From the NCBI GenBank assembly GCA_963819815.1, contig CAWFXL010000001.1:1184001-1248000 (forward strand): 64,000 bases of DNA, in the 5' to 3' direction. The notes under the pieces are model-generated. The model saw only the letters and a program-made list of their open reading frames with translations, was not told the DNA's origin and searched no databases. Shown in pieces: positions 51,863-61,734 of the stretch (position 1 is the first letter of the stretch; the number at the start of each line of letters is the position of its first letter). Position numbers and translations under genes: made by a program. Origin of the DNA: an uncultured bacterium (GTDB lineage Bacteria; Babelota; Babeliae; Babelales; Babelaceae).

Positions 51863-54196
51863 ATGAATTCCATGATGTTGGCTGCCTTGGGAGGGCAGCT
51901 TTTGTCCGCAACTCTTTCCCTTGAAGAGGCTCAAGTTTTCGTAAAAGATACCCTGCGACTATTTATTACTGATGAAGAAATCTCTAAGAAAGAGATTTTT
52001 AAGAAGGCATCACGTACGCTTTTTAAACTAAAACAATCTGCAAGTCTCGACCGAGAAAAGTGTTGCTTGCTTTTTGATGAGCTTATAAAGGACCACTCTT
52101 CTTGCAAATTGCTTCCTCTTCCCAGAATCATCGATAGTGCAAGATATGGAAATGCAAGTGTTTTAGCATCACAACGAGTTTTCTATCTTCAGCATGATGA
52201 TCAACAAGATGATTCTTGGTCGTGTGGATACCGGTCAATTTTGAGTGCAGCATGGCTCCAAAGTCATCTTAAACCTGGATCGGTTATGTCAAGTACAGAT
52301 TTAGGAAGTATGTGTCGTGATCTGCGTCTGCGTAACCCCGGTATTAGGGGATGTATAGAGTATATTGCTTTTCGGACTAAGATTGAGGAGGTACGCTCTC
52401 TTATAAGAGAAGACCAAAATAATGTGGAAGAAGCTTTAGCTCTGTTGAGTGAACAGGAACCGGATACTCTGAAGGTTCTTTTACAACTTCAACCTGATTA
52501 TTTTATCAGACGGGTTGTTTTGAAATTTTTGAAGGCAAATCTTAAAGATGGTCGTATTGTTGATTCGATTGCATTAATGGGAAAAGCCTCTCATAACGCT
52601 ATTAAGGCTGCGGGTACCCAGTTAGTTAAACTCGTGATGAGAAAGATTACCGTATCGAAAGTTGATGCTCTCCTCAAAGCCATACAAGATGCGCTTAAGC
52701 GCGAGAAGGATTCGGAACTTAAGCGCATTGTTTCAGGAACTCATCTAGAGGCCAGAGTAGAAATGGTTGAACTTATGCTTACTAGCCGACCGCTAAGCTT
52801 GAAGAACCAGATAGCTGCTCTTTGCGAACGAGACAGCGCTGTAAAAGAAAGATATAAACAGCTACGTCAAGAATTGGAACGAGTAAAGTCTCTTAATTTC
52901 TCTGAGTTTTCTGCTGAAATAGAGGCATGCCGTAATAAGGTAAAAGCCGTTATTGAGGCAAATACTCAGGAGATACAAGATGTCCTTTGTGCTAATGATC
53001 CTCGATTGAGGGAAATTAACCAAGTTATTGATCGTTGTGGTGACCCTAAGATACGAGCTGCTCTTGCACTTTTCCACTCTGCTGACTTTGCGCATGATGA
53101 AGTTATTGACCTTTTAAAAAGTTCTGAAATAAATGGTATTCAAGGCGCCCTCCAGCTTATCGATGAAAGTCAATGTACCTTGATTCAAAAGTATATTGCA
53201 GATGTTACAGAGCGCTTGGCTAAAAATGAGCCTGAAGGCCCCGCAAGCATAGGTGGTTCATCTTCTGATTCGGCAGTTGAAAGGGTTTTAGGGCTTCTTC
53301 AAATGGCTGTAGATCTTCTTAATGAGAAGAGGGTGGATGCTGAAAAGAATATACGGGAGGCTCGAAACGTTTGGCGGGAAGCGGTTAATGAAAGGTTTCT
53401 TAATGCTTTTTCTAGGCTTGGGTTTGGGTGTCCTAAAGCCGGTGTGCTTACTGTTCCTACCGAACAATTGCGTGGTTATGTAGAGAAGCTTAGGGATCCC
53501 CTCATAGATCGAGCTAAAAGGGCTCTTGATAATTTACAACCTGGGGATGATATGCGCAATGCTGTTGCAGCAATAAGGGCTATTAGGGATATAACCACGA
53601 AAGAAGATGCAATAGCTCTTTTACAATCTGATCATACAAAGGGAAATGCCTGGACAGTGAGTCCTGTGTATAAACTTGCTTGTCAAAGGTTAGTGGATAT
53701 TAAGAGCGCTTTACCTGAATATGAAGATGAAGCTTATGTGGACCACCTCATTAAGCTAGCCAGAATGCCAATGCTTGGGCTGCCTCAAGACCATGTCCAT
53801 ATGCTTGGGGATTTTGCTAATCGTGGTGATGTTGCTAATCGTGGTCAGCTGTTGTTTGATTTTTTAGACCCCTTTCTTTCTCGTATTTTAGATTCTCTTG
53901 TTGACGCTTGCGAGACACAAGATCAAAAAAGTGACCGTGCTGTGGATGCGATTAGAGAGCATTTTAAGGTCAAATATCTAGATACTAATACAGCAGGTGC
54001 ACATCATTTTATATGCCGCATTAATGGGAATCACTGGATTCTCGTATCTTTGGTTAAATTTGCTGATAGAAAGCCTATATTGGTAGTGCTTGATTCGTTC
54101 AATAAGCAAATTGAGTCTAATAGTGGATCCGGCAGTGTTGGTGCTGATACGGTGCTTGCCTTTCTCTATAATAAATTACTAGTCCCTCTTGGGTAA
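51863..54196 (+). CDS. Putative papain-fold cysteine peptidase with large helical insert (paralog B)
   Basis: QQDDSWSCGYRS (C121), HHFICRINGNHWILVSL (H724), LVVLDSFN (D744). Confidence 0.65.
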   Translation: MNSMMLAALGGQLLSATLSLEEAQVFVKDTLRLFITDEEISKKEIFKKASRTLFKLKQSASLDREKCCLLFDELIKDHSSCKLLPLPRIIDSARYGNASVLASQRVFYLQHDDQQDDSWSCGYRSILSAAWLQSHLKPGSVMSSTDLGSMCRDLRLRNPGIRGCIEYIAFRTKIEEVRSLIREDQNNVEEALALLSEQEPDTLKVLLQLQPDYFIRRVVLKFLKANLKDGRIVDSIALMGKASHNAIKAAGTQLVKLVMRKITVSKVDALLKAIQDALKREKDSELKRIVSGTHLEARVEMVELMLTSRPLSLKNQIAALCERDSAVKERYKQLRQELERVKSLNFSEFSAEIEACRNKVKAVIEANTQEIQDVLCANDPRLREINQVIDRCGDPKIRAALALFHSADFAHDEVIDLLKSSEINGIQGALQLIDESQCTLIQKYIADVTERLAKNEPEGPASIGGSSSDSAVERVLGLLQMAVDLLNEKRVDAEKNIREARNVWREAVNERFLNAFSRLGFGCPKAGVLTVPTEQLRGYVEKLRDPLIDRAKRALDNLQPGDDMRNAVAAIRAIRDITTKEDAIALLQSDHTKGNAWTVSPVYKLACQRLVDIKSALPEYEDEAYVDHLIKLARMPMLGLPQDHVHMLGDFANRGDVANRGQLLFDFLDPFLSRILDSLVDACETQDQKSDRAVDAIREHFKVKYLDTNTAGAHHFICRINGNHWILVSLVKFADRKPILVVLDSFNKQIESNSGSGSVGADTVLAFLYNKLLVPLG

Positions 54197-54412
54197 CTGC
54201 TCTGTGGAGCGATTGTGTGCACCGCTCTATGCTGCTTGGTTGCAGATAAGTCCGTATGGCTGCTGGTATGGCATTTTCCTCCATCTATACTAAGTGTGTA
54301 TGCACTAATTCAACCGACACGTACTCCTTTATTACGATTTATAGGACCTGTTGCTCGCAGGGAGGGGCGTGCTATACTAACGATAATTAACTCTAGTAAC
54401 CTAGGAGAAATT

Positions 54413-55738
54413 ATGAAAAAGATAGTACTATTAGTAAGTATTTTTGGTACAGCATCTATGTATGCAGCCGCACCAGTAGTGAACAATGCGGATGAGTTTA
54501 CTGAAGAATTAAAGAGACAGTTACGTAGCCAGGGGCATAGGGACTGGGAGCAAATTTTTGGTGCGGATTGGAACAAAGCATCAAAAGAAGAAAAAATTGC
54601 TATGATGGAAGGTGCTTTCGCAAATAATAGAGTGCGATGGGACCTTTTAAAGGTTACTGAATCTATCAGAATGTTGGCAAAGCCAAAGACATTAGCATCC
54701 CTTAGTTTAGCATCATTGGGTATCTTTGCAGCGTGGCATGCAACGTCCTTAGTAAAGGATGTGGCGAAACACTACCTTCTTATACCACCGCTTTGCAATC
54801 CTTCTGAGTCTTCGATTCGAGGATGGGATAGCACGGTGAAAGACTTTTTTGTGTATGAGGAAAAAAAGTTCCCTGTACGAAGTGACGTGGTACTTACAGA
54901 GCATCTTAAAGAACGCTTTGCAAAGCTGAGTCACGCGATTACGAATGCAGCCAAGAATGATGTAAACTTTAGACATTATCTTCTGTATGGTCCTCCAGGA
55001 ACGGGTAAAACCATGATGGCAAAAGCAATTGCGCAGGAAGCAGGCCTCGAGCATATGTATTTCTCTGCGGCTAACCTTGAGCAGTATAGTCTTGAAGAGG
55101 GCGTTCAACAGATTCGGCATCTTTTTGAGTATGCAAAATCCTATCCTAAAAAGCTTATGGTTATTATGGATGAAGCAGATAGTATCTTTGCTCATCGTGA
55201 TACTTGTTCTGATAAGGTCCGTACCTTCTTGAACTTAATATTAACGTATACAGGTACTGAACAGAGCAACTATGTGGTAATAGCTATTACCAATAGACCG
55301 CAGGACTTTGATGAGGCTGCGTTGAGCCGTTTTGGGGTGAAGATCAAGCTTGATGCCCCAGGGTTTGAAGAGCGTAAAATGATGTTTGCGAATTATGCCC
55401 AAAAATACTTTGTGGATTCACATACGGTTAATCGTGATAAACGTTCAATCTTCCAATGGTTATTCAGTAGAAAGCCTGCTGAAAGAATGCCATTGAAGAT
55501 CGCAGAAGACGTATTTACTGATGAAACATTCTTTGATCGACTTGCAAAAAGAAGCGAGGGGCTAGCAGGACGTGAGATCGCTGACGTTATATCGAATGTG
55601 CAGCATGATGCGTATGGAACCCCAGATCATACGGTCACCCAAGAAATGCTCTTGAATGCTCTTGAAGATAAGTTTCAAGATATAGCGACGATGAAAGACT
55701 TTACGAAGGGACGTGGCAGAGCAACAGCTGCAGCCTAA
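54413..55738 (+). CDS. ATAD3-like AAA+ ATPase with signal peptide and TM helix
   Basis: AGGAGA RBS then MKKIVLLVSIFG; LLYGPPGTGKTM, MDEADS, TNRPQDFDEA; TM and linker resemble eukaryotic ATAD3. Confidence 0.8.
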   Translation: MKKIVLLVSIFGTASMYAAAPVVNNADEFTEELKRQLRSQGHRDWEQIFGADWNKASKEEKIAMMEGAFANNRVRWDLLKVTESIRMLAKPKTLASLSLASLGIFAAWHATSLVKDVAKHYLLIPPLCNPSESSIRGWDSTVKDFFVYEEKKFPVRSDVVLTEHLKERFAKLSHAITNAAKNDVNFRHYLLYGPPGTGKTMMAKAIAQEAGLEHMYFSAANLEQYSLEEGVQQIRHLFEYAKSYPKKLMVIMDEADSIFAHRDTCSDKVRTFLNLILTYTGTEQSNYVVIAITNRPQDFDEAALSRFGVKIKLDAPGFEERKMMFANYAQKYFVDSHTVNRDKRSIFQWLFSRKPAERMPLKIAEDVFTDETFFDRLAKRSEGLAGREIADVISNVQHDAYGTPDHTVTQEMLLNALEDKFQDIATMKDFTKGRGRATAAA

Positions 55739-55758
55739 TTCCTTTACCTTAACTATAC

Positions 55759-55798
55759 AAGACTCCGTATGTGCAACCACATACGGAGTCTTCTTTTT
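55759..55798 (+). terminator. Rho-independent terminator
   Basis: aagactccgtatgtg-caac-cacatacggagtctt followed by cttttt. Confidence 0.85.
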
Positions 55799-55821
55799 GC
55801 TCTAAAAAAATACTCGATCTC

Positions 55822-55851
55822 TTGACAGTGCCCTAGGCAGTTTTCTAGGCT
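55822..55851 (+). promoter_or_regulatory. Sigma70 promoter
   Basis: TTGACA-18-TAGGCT upstream of 55877. Confidence 0.55.
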
Positions 55852-55876
55852 TGGCTCACATGAAAGAGAGGTCTGT

Positions 55877-56245
55877 ATGCAAAGATTATTTATGCGATGG
55901 TCTGTCGTGCTCAGTGTCGCACTATTTTGTGTAGGTAACGCAGGTCATCTGCACGCCAAAGTTATCACGTTGGTTAATGATGTGGTACATAATGGAGTGG
56001 GGAGTCCTTTTGAGATACCTGAAAGAGTTCACGGTGATAAGCTCGTTATAACATCAACCTCTCATAAAGCGGTAATTATAAGAAAGGGTAGCACGTGGGA
56101 CCTTTCGGATCTATCTTCGACCTATAAGACTATAGAATTTGCGGGAAATGCTCGCTTAGTATGTGAACCAGGCTCTCGACTGCATGGCACCGGTGGGGTG
56201 TTACGCTTTGTAGATGAGGCTCGTTTTATTGTGGGGAAGGAGTAG
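55877..56245 (+). CDS. Small secreted beta-solenoid-like protein
   Basis: GAGG RBS, signal peptide, IEFAGNARL/LRFVDEARF repeats. Confidence 0.65.
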   Translation: MQRLFMRWSVVLSVALFCVGNAGHLHAKVITLVNDVVHNGVGSPFEIPERVHGDKLVITSTSHKAVIIRKGSTWDLSDLSSTYKTIEFAGNARLVCEPGSRLHGTGGVLRFVDEARFIVGKE

Positions 56246-56246
56246 T

Positions 56247-58601
56247 ATGAGCTTGAGCAAGGGAATCATACTGCTTGTCTCCACGGTGTCTTTGTGTAGT
56301 GCGGGAAGAACGGTTACTGATGGGTTTCAAAGTAAATTTGTGCGACCTTCAGTTGATAGACCCACTCCTGATCCTAATCCCTGCTTTCGATTTTTTGATG
56401 TCTATCTGCCTGATGAGTTTGATACGAATCCTGAGATGACCTTTCCTATTGTGTATCATCTTACTGGTTTGGGCGGTACCAATACTCAGTATTCGATGTG
56501 CGATCAGATGGTGATGGATGAGATGCTTGCAAATAAAGAAGTCGTTCCGATGATTATTGTTGCACCAGATCCTAGTACTCTTAATTATAGCAGCAGTTTT
56601 TGGACCGACTCTAATCTCGTGCAAGATCCTACTGAGTCATTTAATAATATGTTTGAAAAATACATAATTGATGAACTCATTCCGTTTGTAGATGCAAAGT
56701 ATCGTCAAAAGACAACTGCTGACGGTGATGCAGGTCCCTTTCGTGCCGTAATGGGTCAATCTATGGGAGGGTATGGTTCTCTATTCTTTGGTATCAAACA
56801 TCCGGAGATGTTTTGTGGGTATGCAGGAGATAGCGCAACAGCTTTTTGGTTGCTCAATACAAACTTAGCCAGTCCCCCAGAGCCCGGGTTTCCTGATGGC
56901 AATCCTATGTTTAGCTTTAGCAAACTTCTTATTCCAGAACTTTCCCAATCAGTGCCTCCGGGAAGACTTGAGTTTGGCAATGGTGATCTTACGGCCGGCT
57001 TTTTTTCTCAGGCAGGAGCATTTAGTCCGATTGTGGAAGGTATTGGGCCATCCAATTGTACCGATGAGACGAATGCCTGTCTTGCTTCAGCACCATTTTG
57101 TTTAGCCTATCCTTTTCTTATGGCTGACCCCGCTACTAATGTTCCTCAGATTGTGAATGGTAGTTTTGTAGTGAACCAACCGATTCTAGATGTCTGGCAG
57201 ACTTTTGATCCCTTTGTATTTCTTGATACTGCTGATCCTGCAACTCTTAATTCTAAGGCAATTTACCTTGATGCGGGTGATGACCTTGTAAATGAGATCG
57301 TTGATAATGTCGGAGCACATTATTTTTCCGCTAAGTTGAGCTCTATGGATGTAAATAATGAATTTCTTTTATTTTGCGGGGGACATACATCATGCACTGC
57401 ACCTCCTATGCTCTACTGTTACCGTTTTACGACGAACCTAAAATTATTCTCAGGTAAGTTTTCAGATGCGGGAATGCCACCAGCTAAAACGGTTATCACG
57501 GGTGACATGACGATTGAACTTGCCGATAGCTCAGTCATGAGCATAACTGATAAAGCGTTGCTTGCTATTGAGACAGTGGATGTATTTAAAGTTTCTAGTA
57601 CGTCAAACGTAACATTTAACATTACTGACTCTGCGCGTCTTGAAATTGGAACTGATGACATACTTGGTGGTGGTCTGCAGGTGGGTAATGCATTTGGTAA
57701 AGCAAACTTGATCTTTGATCATGCTCGTGTTGATGATAGCATAACATGTACTTTGAATATTAATGGGCCAGGTGCGGTCCTTCAGATAGGTAAGCAAGGG
57801 TATCTTGGCTTTGGCATTGGTGTTATTGGTAATAATACCGATGTTGCTAACTACTGGGGACTAACCTCTTTAACTAATGTTGATAGTGTAGTACTTTCAT
57901 TTAACGAAGGACGATTTGAACATAACCAAATAGCTTCAGCATTGGCTGATCGGGGTTCCCTATTAGCACTTGGGGTGAGTAACGCGTATGAGATGATGCT
58001 AAATCCTGAGACCTTCGTCATATCAGGGGGAGCCAATCTTGCAATGATCACCGAAGCAAATCGTATTCATCCTCTTGTACAGGATACTGCTGGTGTTGTC
58101 GACCCAGGTGGAATTCGTAACTGCATTGTGCCAGTACCGGCTCAAGAATTTGATGACTTTTATGGTCCTCCGAAGGGTTTATATAACTCCGAGACCTTCT
58201 CCCAAAACTTACTAACCGTCGGTATCTTATCGTCATCACTGATGCTGTTCGATACTGACAAAGAGCCTCTTGCTAACCCTGCAACGCAGGACCAACTCTA
58301 TACCTTCCTTGCTGTTCAAAATTACTTTGATCAAGGAAGAAAGCGTGCACCTATCAATGAGCTTGATGGGCAGTTAGTTGTTGGCTATATTACGCCTGAG
58401 ACCGTTACCACGGGTGGTGTAACCACAACGACCATGCACATTAATCGCTTTGTGGTGAACCAAGATGATCCCTGTAATGCGTTAACGAACCCCTTTCCCA
58501 CCGATAAAATTCTTGAAGAGGGTGCTGTAGGTATTGCGCTAGCAACTATCGATGGTGAGCTGCAGGTGGTGAGGCTCTTCGATCTTAATCCAGTGGTCTG
58601 A
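56247..58601 (+). CDS. Secreted alpha/beta-hydrolase (esterase family) fused to a beta-solenoid-like C-terminal region
   Basis: VYLP...FPIVYHLTGLG, DELIPFVD, GQSMGG nucleophile elbow, LDAGDD, GGH. Confidence 0.8.
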   Translation: MSLSKGIILLVSTVSLCSAGRTVTDGFQSKFVRPSVDRPTPDPNPCFRFFDVYLPDEFDTNPEMTFPIVYHLTGLGGTNTQYSMCDQMVMDEMLANKEVVPMIIVAPDPSTLNYSSSFWTDSNLVQDPTESFNNMFEKYIIDELIPFVDAKYRQKTTADGDAGPFRAVMGQSMGGYGSLFFGIKHPEMFCGYAGDSATAFWLLNTNLASPPEPGFPDGNPMFSFSKLLIPELSQSVPPGRLEFGNGDLTAGFFSQAGAFSPIVEGIGPSNCTDETNACLASAPFCLAYPFLMADPATNVPQIVNGSFVVNQPILDVWQTFDPFVFLDTADPATLNSKAIYLDAGDDLVNEIVDNVGAHYFSAKLSSMDVNNEFLLFCGGHTSCTAPPMLYCYRFTTNLKLFSGKFSDAGMPPAKTVITGDMTIELADSSVMSITDKALLAIETVDVFKVSSTSNVTFNITDSARLEIGTDDILGGGLQVGNAFGKANLIFDHARVDDSITCTLNINGPGAVLQIGKQGYLGFGIGVIGNNTDVANYWGLTSLTNVDSVVLSFNEGRFEHNQIASALADRGSLLALGVSNAYEMMLNPETFVISGGANLAMITEANRIHPLVQDTAGVVDPGGIRNCIVPVPAQEFDDFYGPPKGLYNSETFSQNLLTVGILSSSLMLFDTDKEPLANPATQDQLYTFLAVQNYFDQGRKRAPINELDGQLVVGYITPETVTTGGVTTTTMHINRFVVNQDDPCNALTNPFPTDKILEEGAVGIALATIDGELQVVRLFDLNPVV

Positions 58602-59964
58602 TTACCTAAGTGTGGTAATCGTTCCATCAGTATCTAAAAAACCCTTATAATAATAGGAGATATAAAGTATAGGGCGCTGCCATTCGATAGCTTTAAAGCG
58701 GGCAGCAAGATACATAAGATGCCGAATGTAGGCCGATTTTGCCCAGAAATCATTTGAGAGTTCTGCGATGACCGCATCTGGATACTGATCATCAGGGCTA
58801 TCGCTGAAGAAAAGTTCAGAGCATACGTAGGGTACCAATGCTACGCCCGGTAAGACGGCAAAGGGAACGCGGGGATTTGTGGACGGTTGTACGATAGGAC
58901 CGACTCCATGAAATAGGGTGCGTATAAAGCTTACGTTATACCAACTTATTGATTCAGTAACTGCCATCGTATGCCGTTTATTGAAGCTTTCTTTAATCTG
59001 CCCATCAGAGATCCAGTACACCGTATTACGGTATTGATCATCTTCCCATTTAAAAGCTCCCACTAAGATCTGTATTGGCTTGCCAAGAGATTCAGTATCC
59101 CAATAGGTAGCAAGTTCGCGAGCGGTATCAAGATTCAGCTTAAATAATGAAGATTCGGGAAGGATGACGACCTCGAGGTCCGGGTACTTCGCTATGAGTG
59201 ATCTGATATCATCTTTGATTGCCTCTATCGATGCCATAGGTTGAGGTACCGGCAGGAATTTTTTTTGAAGTGTGGCTACTTTGTGAAGCCATTGAGGGGG
59301 AGTTTGGGGAGGCTTTGCAGACATACACTGTAAAACCCAGGGAAGCATTCCGATAAGAGGGCATATGCATCTTAGGAGAGTACTCTTTGTGAGTAACGGG
59401 ATCGTGAAGGCAGCATTGGTAAGTAACAGAAACCACATGAGAATACCTTTACCCAGTACAGGCATCCATGAAAGAAGTGCTGGCTGTTCTGCCAGGGGAA
59501 GCAGTGGATACAGAAGAAAGTATCCTTCCCAATAATTAAACATGCTTAAACTTAAATGTATAACCCAATAAAAGTAGAAGCCGGTGGTGAGTATCCACAC
59601 GCCAAGTCGTGCATAGGGAGAAACAATCTGTGCTCGCGTAAGGAAGCGTTGAGGTGAGATAAAACCATACCCCTCCAAAGAATCCTTGAATAATGAGAAT
59701 AACTATTGAAGGAATGATACGGGCCCAAACAGGGCCTATTCCTAATAAAAAGAGCGTCTGAAGTATTCCGGCTCCTCCTAGGGCCCAGAGAAGGGCGCTG
59801 TAGAAAAAGCCATCTTTAAAAGTGAGATTCTGGCGTGAGCCAAGATAGAATAATGGCACGAAGCAGATGAAAGAGCCCCACCATAAGGAAGGGCTCATGA
59901 TAAGGGCAAGCCCATACACGAGTGCTGAGCTTGCGAGTATCATCCATCTGTTTACGGTCTTCAT
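58602..59964 (-). CDS. lnt: Apolipoprotein N-acyltransferase-like protein, one +1 frameshift near 59652
   Basis: N-terminal TMs (59536-59964 ORF) join the CN-hydrolase ORF containing ILPES, FNKRH, VCSE, SNDFW (E-K-C triad). Confidence 0.75.
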
Positions 59965-60560
59965 GCAGCTTCCGCATTTTCTGCTTTCTCTGCAGCCGCT
60001 GCTCCTGTTAGGTCTTTGGTTCCTGCAAGGAAAAGAACTGGCTTATTCTTTACCGGATCCATATAGACGCCAGTACCGTCAGTTTTTAGGGTGATATCCG
60101 CTTTGAAATCACCAGCAAGTTCTTTATGGAGTAATCCAGCATAGGTCATTTTACCGATTTCAACCCACGTTCCTGCGGGATCACTCGCAAAACGGCGATA
60201 GATTCTCATAAGTGTTTTACCAGCAAGTCGAGTACCGGGCCTTTGTCGTTTGTTGTCAAAGGCGATAGTTACCAGCTGACCTTTAGATTCACCCGTTGTT
60301 GGGGTGAAGCTATAGGCAGTTTGAGTACCAGGCTCTTTTGGAAGAGTGAGGGTGACCTTTTTTTCTTGAGTGATCAAACCCAATGAGGTAATTTGATTGC
60401 TCGGTATAGTAAGGGTCATCGTTTCACCAATCGCATTCAAAACCACTGTTTGTTCGCATTGAGAATTTTGCCCACAGGGTTGAAGTACTGTTTTACTATT
60501 GTCTGAATTTGCAAGTAACCCACAGGGGACCGCAAGTAAAGTTATAAGTAATTTCTTCAT
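59961..60560 (-). CDS. Secreted beta protein, NAIG/RPGT family member E
   Basis: Signal peptide; C-x5-C, LNAIG, TAYSF, RPGT, IYR..W; stop overlaps the lnt start (ATGA). Confidence 0.8.
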   Translation of the reverse strand: MKKLLITLLAVPCGLLANSDNSKTVLQPCGQNSQCEQTVVLNAIGETMTLTIPSNQITSLGLITQEKKVTLTLPKEPGTQTAYSFTPTTGESKGQLVTIAFDNKRQRPGTRLAGKTLMRIYRRFASDPAGTWVEIGKMTYAGLLHKELAGDFKADITLKTDGTGVYMDPVKNKPVLFLAGTKDLTGAAAAEKAENAEAA

Positions 60561-60581
60561 TATAGTTTCCTTTAATATATG

Positions 60582-61139
60582 TTAGATGTTTACAGTAAAT
60601 GAACCATCTGGTGATAGCGTTACAGAAACTGGTTCAAGAACCTGATTAGTTTCTACGTAGAGGATATTATTTCGTAACCACTCATTTTTCGCATCATTAT
60701 AACGGTAGAGTTCAACGATATTAAAGTCTTTCCCTGCAGTTAACTTCCTTCCTTCTGCTGTTTGATACGTAAAGTATCGAGTACCAGGACGGGGTGTGCG
60801 CTTCATTTCAAGACCTAAGTATACTGTTTTGCCACCTTGGGTAGTAAACTTATATAAAGTCTTAGCGCCCACTTTTGATGGGATCTGCAGCTTCTCATTG
60901 GTTGCTGAGGTTACCGTGCCAAGATCTATAAAAGATGCTGCACCAGGATCCACATCAAATGTTGATCCTATTGCATTGAGAGTTTGAGTTTGGCTACAGC
61001 TACCGCCACCTAGGCAGGTTTGAACACCGATAAGTGCCTTAATGTCAACTTTTGTGCTATCCATTGCTCGCATATCTCTGACGTTATACGCCAGTGCTGC
61101 GAAGGTAAGTGCGGTGATGATTTTGAATTGGTTCTTCAT
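60582..61139 (-). CDS. Secreted beta protein, NAIG/RPGT family member D
   Basis: Close copy of 61735-62307; VQTCLGGGSC, LNAIG, RPGT. Confidence 0.82.
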   Translation of the reverse strand: MKNQFKIITALTFAALAYNVRDMRAMDSTKVDIKALIGVQTCLGGGSCSQTQTLNAIGSTFDVDPGAASFIDLGTVTSATNEKLQIPSKVGAKTLYKFTTQGGKTVYLGLEMKRTPRPGTRYFTYQTAEGRKLTAGKDFNIVELYRYNDAKNEWLRNNILYVETNQVLEPVSVTLSPDGSFTVNI

Positions 61140-61157
61140 GGTTATTCCTTTTTGTGA

Positions 61158-61712
61158 TTATGGGTTAATAGTTATAGGAAATGAAACTGGGTCGACGCCC
61201 GTTTTTACGAAGATTATGCCTTCGCGTGACCAGTCATTTTTGGCGTCATTATACCGGTAGATTTCAATGATATGATAATCCTTTCCTGCAGTTAACTTCT
61301 TACCGCCTTTAGTATGTAAGATGGGGAAGTCAGCGCCCGGAGCTGGGACGGGCTTCATTTCAAGTCCCATATGCACCGTTTTACCGTCTTTGCGGGTAAA
61401 TTTAAAGAGTGATTGTGCGCCCACTTTTGCGGGAAGCGTAACTATCTCGACCTGTGTTGAGGTTACTTTCCCTAGATCTTTATACACGGCAGTTTTTGGG
61501 TCAATCGTAAAGATTGACCCAAGTGTATTAACTGACTGATCTGGACTACAGCTGCACATGCGGTTATAAAGGACAGTTGTATTTCCAACTTTCTTAGTGA
61601 AGTACGTGTATATCCTTTCTGCAAATGAGATAACTGATGGTAAGCATAGAAGGATGATCGCTATCCTTTGCCACCATATTACCTTTTCTAATTGCTGAGT
61701 ATCCATGTTCAT
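61158..61712 (-). CDS. NAIG/RPGT family member C with different, membrane-anchor-like N-terminus
   Basis: Core similar to B/D (GLEMK, KLTAGKD, YRYNDAKN.W); N-terminus WWQRIAIILLCLP. Confidence 0.8.
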   Translation of the reverse strand: MNMDTQQLEKVIWWQRIAIILLCLPSVISFAERIYTYFTKKVGNTTVLYNRMCSCSPDQSVNTLGSIFTIDPKTAVYKDLGKVTSTQVEIVTLPAKVGAQSLFKFTRKDGKTVHMGLEMKPVPAPGADFPILHTKGGKKLTAGKDYHIIEIYRYNDAKNDWSREGIIFVKTGVDPVSFPITINP

Positions 61713-61734
61713 TCCTAGCTTGCTGGTGTGTTAT

